A stretch of 64,000 nt of DNA from Euprymna scolopes (taxonomy: Eukaryota): assembly GCA_053919585.1 (NCBI GenBank), contig CM132786.1. One strand, 5' to 3'. Positions within the stretch are counted from its first letter, which is position 1, and each line of letters begins with the position of its first letter. Of this stretch, positions 54,865-64,000 are shown one piece after another. Under the pieces are notes generated by a model. The model ran no database searches. It was not told where the DNA came from and was given only the letters and a program-made list of their open reading frames with translations. The position numbers and the translations under genes were made by a program.

Positions 54865-55391
54865 AGAGAGAAAGGGAATAAAAAGGGAGATTATACTTTT
54901 ACTAAACAAGAAATATTGATATTTATTAGTTTTCTTTTAGATTGTATTTTTACAATAAACAACAAATTGATGAAGCAATTGTTGAACAAACATTTTGGAA
55001 AAATCTCTTAACTTGTTACTGTGATGCGACGCGTTGTGTATTAACCTATCGTAATAACTAATCACACTACCGTGAACCTTCTTATGCGCGGTGAAATGCA
55101 CAAAATTACCTGACAATAGTTCAGAATATCCGGCACCGTTGTTAATATCATCAATTTTCCCTTGAGTGGTAGGTCACGGCTTCAACAATAAAAAAAACTA
55201 CATTTCACAACAACGTTCGTTGGTTAGTAATCGCATGTCGTTAGTACGAAACCTACAGAGAGAGAACAAGTAATAAGAACGCCATTATCCAAAATTTAGA
55301 ATACGTCAAACAATGGATAAGTCTTGTGCGTGATACGCATGAAAATATTTATCTACTGTTTTAATTTGCGGTACATTTCATCTTTTCTTAA

Positions 55392-56576
55392 TCTATAAAT
55401 ATAAAAGCGAAAATGTATGTATGTATGTGTGTTCGCCTTTTCTGTGTGTCTACAAAAGGCTTCTTTCAGAGAAGCGGTCGCTCGGTTCACAACTTTTTAA
55501 AACTTTTTATATCACATACAAATCTTAATATCTCACACTTAACAACGAAGCTCGCCTGTCTATTTAATTTGGTCGATTTTGGGAAGATAAATATCCAATA
55601 TTTGTCGCTCGCTGCATGTGGGTTAGTCTTCTTCCTATAACATCTGGGGGGGGGCGAGGAAAAAAGCGTTCAGCAGTAAATGAAATCCAGCAGTCAAACT
55701 GACCTCATTAACTCATTAAAACGAGCACCTGCTAAATCCAACTAATTAAATAAATTCAAACATTCTTCCGTAAGCATGTCGTTGTGGGTCAATCGTTAGC
55801 GTCGCACTTTTTTTTTCACAACTTTGCCTCAACGGTTCGGGTTCGATCCTCATACTTACATTTTTTAAACCCCCCCCAACCACCACCACCAAACACCCGG
55901 GCAACGCCGGAGTCTTTTTCCTATAACATCTTGGGGGTGGAAAAAAAGCGTTCAGCAATAAATGAATACTATCCCGCAGTTGACCTCATTGTCTCATTAG
56001 AACGGGCACCTGCTAAATCCAACTAATTAAATAAATTCAAACGTGTTTCCGTTAGCATCTCGCGGTGGAGCAATGGTTAACATCGCACTTTTTTTTCACA
56101 CTTTAATTTACAACTTTGCCTCAACGGTTCGGGTTCAATCCTCATACTTACTTTTTTTTTTAATCCCCCGTCACACCTCCAAACACCCGGGCAACGCCGG
56201 GTACCCCTCGCTAGTTTATAAATATAAAAGCGAAAATGTAAAAAGATAAATATTCAATATTTGTCGCTCGCTGCATGTGGGTTAGTCTTCTTCCTATAAC
56301 ATCTGGGGGGGGGGCGAGGAAAAAAGCGTTCAGCAGTAAATGAAATCCAGCAGTCAAACTGGCCTCATTAACTCATTAAAACGAGCACCTGCTAAATCCA
56401 ACTAATTAAATAAATTCAGACGCTTTTCCGTAATCCTGTCGTTCTGGGCCAATCGTTAACGTCGCACGTCCTTTTTTTTTTCACATCTTTGCCTCAACGG
56501 TTCGGGTTCGATCCTCATACTTACTTTTTTTTAATCCCCCCCAAACATCCGGGCAACGCCGGGTACCCCTCGCTAG
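55392..56576 (+). mobile_element. Helitron family F tandem array with tRNA-like cores
   Basis: A|TC start; three ~290-bp modules each ending in CCGGGCAACGCCGG; CTAG at 56211-56214 and 56573-56576; second head TTTATAAATATAAAAGCG at 56215. Confidence 0.8.
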
Positions 56577-56648
56577 TACTTTCATAAATCAGAGTCCATT
56601 TTTTGTTGGCTGTTTTTGAACCCAATCAACAACGGGTACTTTTGCTAG

Positions 56649-57081
56649 TCTAATTTATAAAACTCATATTGTCTGTCTGTTTGTCTTTCTGTCTTTCTTT
56701 CTTCATATTTTCAACATCTATTTCGACTTAAACTAAAAATTGCAGAGTGATTGGACTTTTATGTGCCGTTCTTTTATTGGTCTTTTAGCCGGTTAAAATA
56801 GTTTTTGAGGGGTGGGGTCAAAACAGGTCAAAATTGAAAAAAAAAACGTTATTCATTTTGTACATTCATCTTATGATTATTTTAATTAGTTCGAATGCGT
56901 GTCACGTTGGTAGAATTAAAACGTCATCAGGTTTGTATGCTACAATTTTGTTTTCGGTTTCAATTCTAGCTAATGGCACACACATCTTTTTTTTTAAAAT
57001 CATGACGATAATAATATATACAAAATCTGGACGAATTCAAATATCATATTTAAGCGTATTTTACGCCTGGGCAAAGCCTGG
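56649..57081 (+). mobile_element. Non-autonomous Helitron, family A (3' tip in gap)
   Basis: TC start directly after a CTAG; (TGTC)n; CCTGGGCAAAGCCTGG just before the gap. Confidence 0.7.
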
Positions 57082-58430
57082 NNNNNNNNNNNNNNNNNNN
57101 NNNNNNNNNNNNNNNNNNNNNNNNNNNNNNNNNNNNNNNNNNNNNNNNNNNNNNNNNNNNNNNNNNNNNNNNNNNNNNNNNNNNNNNNNNNNNNNNNNNN
57201 NNNNNNNNNNATAATGCAAAAGACTGATTTTCGATTGATACTACATTAGTTTCATCTTTCATCGATATATTCTGTTCTCAGGAAATCAGCCGGCAGGGCT
57301 AAAGATATCAAATATACCCGATCTATATTTTGAGAGTGTGACACGCTATAGTATTTCTCAGGAAATCTTATTTTGTTTTATATTTTTTCTACTTTACAAG
57401 AACTAATCTTTGCCAAACTTTTCCGATGTCATCATTTGTATTGTTAACAAATTTTGTTTCGTTTTTATGTGTCACCTGAAAATCGCCAACGAAATCCGTT
57501 TCATAACCGCGTAAAAAGTTATAGATTTAGATTCGAAATGCAGAGTTTGAAAGATATTCAATTTGGGTTAAATCCCTGAAATTCAGTATCCAAAGTTGAG
57601 ACGTCGGAAGTGAACTCGGCTTTGTTAAATATTGAACGGAATCAGTAAACATGAAATGAAATACAAACCCACATGAAACTTTTTTCATAGAAACGTTTTA
57701 TGAAAAAAATTTTAAAGTAACTTTTTGGTGTGATAACGCCGAAATCACTGATAAAAACTTCCACGCATTTTTATGACAAAATTCTGTGAAACAGTCTCGT
57801 GATAGACTTATTCTAAGAACTTAAAAAATGCAAGTTTATTTTTATTGTTTATCTGTTTTAAATATCTATCTAGTATTTAATATATTATTTCAAAAAGAAA
57901 TTTATATAAATGTAAATAATAAAAATTCTCATGAGATTTTTTTGCTTCGTGATAACGCACGTAACTAATGAAATTATCACTCTTTATTTATTGTTTTGTG
58001 ATAACACAATTGTCAAAACAAAAACATAATAGAAATGTAAACATTAAAAGTTGACATTTTTATTGATTTATGATAACACAAGAAGAAGGGTTTAAACTAG
58101 AATACACTTTGAAGTAAACTATGTGTTCGTATTTCGTTTCATATTAGTGACTTTCGTTCCGTTCCATATTTAAGCTAACTCTGTCCCTTTCTTACGTCTT
58201 TACTTTATATACTGAAATTTTTTAATTTGACCTCAATTTAATCCTCTGTAGAAGTTAATTTCCGTTTATCTTTCCAGTACTCCATTCCAATCCCCTAATT
58301 ATCTACCGCAGGCTCCACAACTATCCACATAATGTTATTGGAAATTCAGTAAATAATCAATTCGAGATGATTGGTTCACAAATATGAACATTCTAATTTT
58401 GTACAGTTTTATGTATCTTATTATTTAATA

Positions 58431-58999
58431 CTAGCGGCTGCACCGCGTCAGTACACACAACGCAGAGTCAAACACAAAATCGAGTACACTCAACATCAAG
58501 TACACTCAACATCGTCTTATCACCAACGCTTAACTTGTGAACTCGGAGTATGCACAAATCAAAATCACTGAAAAAAACAAAAATACCTTAACTAAGGGTA
58601 AGGATAATGAGTAAACGTTAGATAAAATGATGGTGAAAATTATTACGAACTTGCCAGGATTCGAACCTGGAATCTTCTGATCCGTAGTCAGACGCGTTAT
58701 CCATTGCGCCACAAATCCCGTATACAGTAAGTGTCAAATTCCGTTGACATGGGTAGGTAACTTTTTCGACTTGCACGAAGCGGCCCATAAAACTCTAATT
58801 TCGGGCTTTTGTGTGACTCGGCGTTGTTTGTTACCAACCATACATAGATAAGGACAATCTAGGGACTCACACCTTTCAAGGAAATAAAAAAAATTTTAAT
58901 TCGGTGCATCCGTTCGAAAGTTTTATTAGTAGATATATACTCACATGAATAAATAAATAAATAAATAAACATTTAGAATTTTATTATTAATAGTATAGA
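58431..58999 (-). mobile_element. 569-bp non-autonomous Helitron containing a tRNA gene
   Basis: Minus strand A|TCTATACTATTAATAATAAAA + (TTTA)n start; CTGCGT...ACGCGG hairpin 8 nt before CTAG|T; single copy in window. Confidence 0.65.
58646..58718 (-). tRNA. tRNA-Arg(ACG)
   Basis: 73 nt GGATTTGTGGCGCAATGGATAACGCGTCTGACTACGGATCAGAAGATTCCAGGTTCGAATCCTGGCAAGTTCG; full cloverleaf, anticodon at 58683-58685, acceptor stem pairs with two G-U, TTTT 6 nt downstream. Confidence 0.93.
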
Positions 59000-59167
59000 T
59001 GCCCTTATATCATATCTGTAGTAATATATTTTTCTACATAGTTACCAGAATTCGCAATGCACCGTTGCCAGCGATGGAGGAGGTAACACTGCGTGGACGT
59101 ACAGAGGGCGGTCTGTTACTTCAACTCAGTAATAACATATGTAATATTAAAGAATATTAATAATAAA

Positions 59168-59770
59168 CTACCGGGATTGGGGCGCCGGCTTTGCCCGGTA
59201 GTAAAATACGCTTAAATATGATATTTCTATTTGTCCGGAGTTCGTATACATTATTATAGTGTCGGGATTTAAAAAGAAGGGGGGGATTTGGGTATCATCA
59301 GCTAGAATCGAAACCGAAACCGTAACATTTAAAGTTATATTAAAAAAACTATTTTAACCGGCTAAACACTCATAAAAGAACAATAGTGAGTTTAATGAAT
59401 ACCATATATAAACGGCTATATGTCTGTCTGTCGGTTTGTCTGCCTGTCTCCATATTTTAAAACTCTATCTCCCTCTGAAACTAAAATCGTATACCGGTGC
59501 TAGCGGCCTCAAATAGTTGGATTTTTTTACGGGCTGTTTTTTTATGGGTCTTTAGCCAGTTAAAATTCTTATTAGAGGTCAAAAATGGGTTATAATTGAA
59601 AAAATCGTTAAACGTTCCGTACATTTATCTTATGACATTTTTTTTTTAATTTTTAATCAGCCTATGTGTATCACGTTGGTACAGTGTGAACGTAACCAGA
59701 TTTCAATGCTGAAGTTTCGCTTTCGATTCACGCTGATGACACCTAAATACGGTTTTTTTTTCACTTTTGA
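59168..59770. mobile_element. Two oppositely oriented Helitron family A fragments
   Basis: ~59168-59385 (minus, 3' part) and ~59405-59770 (plus, 5' part). Confidence 0.55.
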
Positions 59771-59942
59771 AAAATTTCCCCATGATAACGCCTTTGTAGA
59801 GTAGATATTGCTCCGCATATTACACGGAAAGATTCCTATGATAAAATTTTAAAAAATAATAATATATAAGAAAAATAAATGAATAAAAATAAATAATGGA
59901 TAATTAATTATATAAGAAAACGTTATATATATATATATATAT

Positions 59943-59981
<39 letters not shown>

Positions 59982-60268
59982 TAAACGAGATCATCAGATT
60001 TAATAGCAAACACAGACAACATCTTAATAGAAAGATCGAAATAAATTTCATATTAATTTTGAACAAAACAATATTTCTTTCTTAGCGCGGTTTCCATGAC
60101 AACACATACGCGTGTTTAACAAGCTCTGTTGCCCACTGTTAATTCCGGTTCAAATAAATTACCAGCTGATTTTCTCGTTCGGAAAAATACATGAAATAAT
60201 GAATTAATAAATAAACAAAGAAAATAAGAGTGAAGATGATGATAAATAAATAATTGAACTTGAGTAAT

Positions 60269-60324
<56 letters not shown>

Positions 60325-60335
60325 ATATATATACA

Positions 60336-60717
60336 CTAGCATTTCAGCCTGGTGTTGCCTGGGTGTTTGGATGTGTGTGTTGAGAAAAAGAAAGTGGTAG
60401 TAGGAAGGCAGGCTCGAACCCGTACCGCGAAGGAGGAAAATAACGGTTACGACCACCGCCAAATCTGAAGTGATTCATGCTTAAATTAAGGATAGACAAT
60501 CGAAAAGAGAGGATAACTTTCAAAAATATCGGGAAAAAAGCGACCCACCCCCTGTAGAAAAGTGTCTAGTTGAAGGTGGAGAAATAAATGTTTTTTGCCA
60601 ATTTTTCGATATTTGTCGTCTGAATGGTCGAACTTTAAAACGATACTGATCTTTGAAAATCCGTCGTCTCCGTCGAAAGTTTTAGGCAGACATACATACA
60701 TACATACATACATACAT
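60336..60717 (-). mobile_element. Helitron family B, 5'-truncated
   Basis: CTAG at 60336-60339, hairpin, body homologous to 30748-31188. Confidence 0.75.
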
Positions 60718-60719
60718 TG

Positions 60720-61140
60720 GTAACTAAAAATTTTCGACCCAAACCGCCCAAAAAGCTTGCCCTATATCTGAAAAGCCTTTATGTAAAATTTCAAATGTTT
60801 AGACCAGAAATTGTCTGAGTAATTTGGTAAAGAGCGCAGAGGTAAAACATTTTTTTAACTTTGCCCCCTATTATGACCCCTTAACATTTATTTTTTGGGC
60901 TAAAAGCAAGTTATTAAGTTGATCCATGTCCAAGGAACCTATATCTAAAATTTCAAGTGTTTAGACCCAACATTGTCGGAAGAGTTTGATAGAGTTCTCA
61001 AGGTCAAATCGTTGAGTTTTGACCCCTTAGCCAAATTTCTGGCCGAAAACCAGTCATATATATTTTCCCAAATCTCAGTACCCTGTCTATCAAATTTCGA
61101 GTCTGTAGACTAAAAATTGAGTTATTTCTTTTTCCTTTAT
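60720..61140 (-). mobile_element. Helitron family C fragment
   Basis: Homologous to ~17100-17560. Confidence 0.6.
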
Positions 61141-61544
61141 ATATATATACATATTTCTATCACGTTCACGTGGTAGCTTATTATGATATAATTCCCTCAA
61201 ACAAAAAGATATTCTTTAATAAATTAAAAAATTAAAAACAAGTTTTAGTCAATAACCTCTTGTAGATATCTTGTAGATAAACAAATAAAACTAGCGATCA
61301 GCAACTTGAATCAAACTAGTAGTAACGAACAAGAATACTCCCAAACTATTCAAATATATTAAGGTAATCAGCAACATAAGAACTCTAAAACTGCTGAAAG
61401 TGTTCTACAAAATATACTCCGTCGATACGTGACTCATAATGATAACAAAAAAATAAAATTTATTACCTATTGTAAAAAATCGCAGAAAACTAATCTTGTA
61501 ATCAAAAACAACATTTCGCACACAAATAATTTGTTAGAAAAAAA

Positions 61545-61850
61545 AACAATGTAGTTTACCAATTCAACTGCCCATGACGAGAATGTGTCTCTAATAATAC
61601 TAACTACATAGGCTATACTACAAACATATTGTCGCGAAGATTAACTCTCCACCTCTCTGACTCTAGTTCGATATCGCAACATTTGGGAAAACATGGCTGC
61701 CATCATTCGGAATTCATAAAATCATGGTAGAAAACACTAAGGTTTTGCAAGGCGGGAAAAAGTTTAATAAACTAAAAATACTTGAAAACATAAAACCTCA
61801 GATCAATAATATCAATTACGAAAAATGCTTATGCAGATTTTAATTTTTAA
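61545..61850 (+). pseudogene. PLE GIY-YIG endonuclease remnant
   Basis: NNVVYQFNCP*RECVSNNTNYIGYTTNILSRRLTLHLSDSSSISQHL...KLKILE. Confidence 0.8.
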
Positions 61851-61906
<56 letters not shown>

Positions 61907-61920
61907 TAATATACTCTATA

Positions 61921-63210
61921 CGAGGGGCGCGCAATAAGTAATGCGCCTGACCCACTTCCCATAGCAGTAGAGCAACGAAACTTGGTACAGTTATCAGTCT
62001 TTCTCTACATAGGAACCATCCAGGGTTATGCATTTCTCCCATCGTTTGATGCAGCTCTGGTGACCGTTTTTGTAGAACACCCCAGGTTGGTCCTCTAACC
62101 ACGACGTGACTTCAGAAATAAAGGCTGCATTATCTGGGAAACGCTTTCCTTTCAAAAACAACTTCATGGCTGGGAAGAGGTGAAAGTCAGAGGATGCAAG
62201 GTCAGAAGAGTAGGGAGGATGAGGAGGATTTCATAACTACACGCCCGTGCTTCTGATCTGGAGACATGCGAGTTGTGGACCGGAGCGTTGTCCTGCAAGA
62301 GGAGGTACCTTTGCTGATCTTGCCCCGCCTCTTGATTTTTATAGCTTCCCTTAATCTCCTCAAAAGTGAAGCGTAATAGGCTCCAGTAATTGTGGTACCC
62401 TTTGCCAGGAAATCTGTCATCACTACTCCGTCCTGGTCCCAGAAGACTGTGAGCATAACCTTGCTAGCGGAGGGCTGCAGTCTTGTCTACTTTGGAGGTG
62501 GTGAGTCCAAGTGCTTCCACTGCATTGATTGGTCTCTGGATCATAGTGATGGACCCAGGTTTCATCCTGTGTAATCAGTCTTTTGAAAAACTTTGACTCA
62601 TCTTCTTGGCACATCTCCAAATTCATCCTCGAGCACTCGACGTGTTCTCGCTTCTGGAATGGTGTGAGCAACCTGGGAAGCCATCTGGCAGACACCTTAT
62701 GCATATGCAAATGGTCATGGTCATGAATGATAGTTTCCATAGACTTTTTTCTAATCTTGACATCTTGGGCTATTTGGCGAATAGTAATGCGCCGATCTTC
62801 CAAAATGGTAGCCTCAACTTGACGGAGAGATGCCTCATAAATCGCAGAATGGGGGCGACCAGATCTGGGAGCTGTTTCCACAGACTTCCAGCCATGTTTG
62901 AAATCACGAGGCCAGCGTTTTACAAGGTCATATGACGGGGCATTATCACCATAAGTTTCTTTCATTTCATCAAAAGTCTCCTGTGATGTGTGTCCTTTCA
63001 AATACAAAAACCGGATCATTGCTCGACATTCAACAGGCTCCATTTCACACCTGACTCAGTTCAAACACCTGTAAAACAGAAACCACAATTAGTTCAGAGC
63101 TGTAGTTTGCCACATAACCCGTAGACATATAAATCATTGCACATGCAAAATTTCAGCGAGATCAGACAACTGGAAGTGGGTCAGGGGCATTACTTATTGC
63201 ACACCCCTCG
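61921..63210 (-). mobile_element. Full-length mariner (irritans-type), 1290 bp
   Basis: 39-bp TIRs CGAGGGG(C/T)G(C/T)GCAATAAGTAATGC(G/C)CCTGACCCACTTCC with 3 mismatches; TA on both sides. Confidence 0.95.
61994..63043 (-). pseudogene. Mariner DD34D transposase, frameshifted
   Basis: PRSGRP, WLPRLL, TQDETWVHHYDPE, QDNAPVH...HPPYSSDLASSD (34 spacing after restoring one base), C-terminus GSYVEKD*; several frameshifts. Confidence 0.92.
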
Positions 63211-63265
63211 TAAAAAAATTTTTTTAAGTTCGCCCACCTAATCCATAAGCCACCACGTGATCGTG

Positions 63266-63327
<62 letters not shown>

Positions 63328-63353
63328 AAAATAATATAAGTTCTACAACACAG

Positions 63354-63400
63354 CATGCCTGAGGATGATAGAAGTATCTCTGTCGAAATCGGTCGCTATG
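63354..63400 (+). ncRNA. Type-I minimal hammerhead ribozyme
   Basis: GC-CTGAGGA-T-GATAGA(AGTATC)TCTGTC-GAAA-TCGG-TC-GC; extra base after A9, GUC triplet, short stems I and III. Confidence 0.7.
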
Positions 63401-63541
63401 GATCTAACCGATACAATTTTGAAAAAAAGAACACAAAGAAAACTATTCGGAGATTGAAGAAGATAAAAAGGAAGACAATAAAAGTGAATTCCGTGCTCTT
63501 CAATAACATTTGTTGAACGAGAAGATGCTGCCTAAATATAC

Positions 63542-63610
<69 letters not shown>

Positions 63611-63615
<5 letters not shown>

Positions 63616-64000
63616 TGTAATTGTCTGTGTGTTTGTCTGTCTGTGTACATTTCCCTACCATATTACTCTGTCAATTTTCAGTCTACAGACTTGATATTTG
63701 AGACAAGGGGCATTGAGATTTGGGACGAATCCTTTTAATCGATTTTCGGCCAAAAAATTGATCTTTGAAAACTCTACCAGACTCCTCCGCCAATTTTTAG
63801 TCTAAACACTTGATATTTTAGATGTAGATTACTTAGAGATTGATCAATCTTTTTAACTTGATTTGAGTCAAATAATAAATGTTAAGGGGTCCAAATTGGT
63901 TTCAAATTTTAAAAAAATGACCTTTCAGCCAATTTTTAGTCTAAACATTGAAAGTGTACATAAAGTGTATTCAGATAAAGGGCGAGCTATTTAATCGTTT
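63611..64000 (+). mobile_element. Helitron family C (runs off window)
   Basis: Reverse complement of ~17140-17560. Confidence 0.65.

Larger units (their letters stand above)
61230..63545 (+). mobile_element. Penelope-like element remnant (ORF end, HHR, ORF restart) interrupted by a mariner
   Basis: GIY-YIG remnant, HHR at 63354-63400, then SVLFNNIC/LNEKMLPKYT resembling a PLE ORF N-terminus; continuity across the mariner is inferred. Confidence 0.55.

Noticed and set aside
53414-55011. Cys/Val/Tyr/Met-rich ORFs
   Set aside because: Products of (TG/TA)n low complexity and read-through of N gaps
58530-58712. 60-aa ORF MAQWITRLTTDQKIPGSNPG
   Set aside because: Spurious translation of the tRNA-Arg gene

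Overview
AT-rich, repeat-saturated eukaryotic scaffold with 12 N-gaps and many (TA)n tracts; it looks like an invertebrate animal, but the taxon cannot be fixed from sequence alone. I recognise no host protein-coding exon. The window is a mosaic of mobile DNA: (i) about 20 mostly non-autonomous Helitrons of at least six families (5'-TC...GC-rich hairpin...CTAG-3', A|T target, no TSD), often joined head-to-tail; one retains decayed RepHel helicase sequence; (ii) a full-length but disrupted Tc1 (DD34E), a full-length but disrupted irritans-type mariner (DD34D), DD41D and probable DD37D remnants, and hAT and Tc1/mariner MITEs; (iii) a 5'-truncated CR1-group LINE and RTE remnants; (iv) Penelope-like (PLE) remnants and about a dozen type-I hammerhead ribozyme (HHR) motifs of varying integrity; (v) one well-formed tRNA-Arg(ACG). 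The most interesting signals are a 569-bp Helitron carrying that tRNA (other Helitron families carry decayed tRNA-like cores), a tRNA-headed and hammerhead-tailed short element found twice in Penelope-style inverted arrangements, and a 293-bp tRNA-like+HHR repeat resembling a non-LTR retrozyme. All alignments, translations and foldings were done by eye; boundaries described as approximate may be off by tens of bases. Helitron family letters are my own labels.
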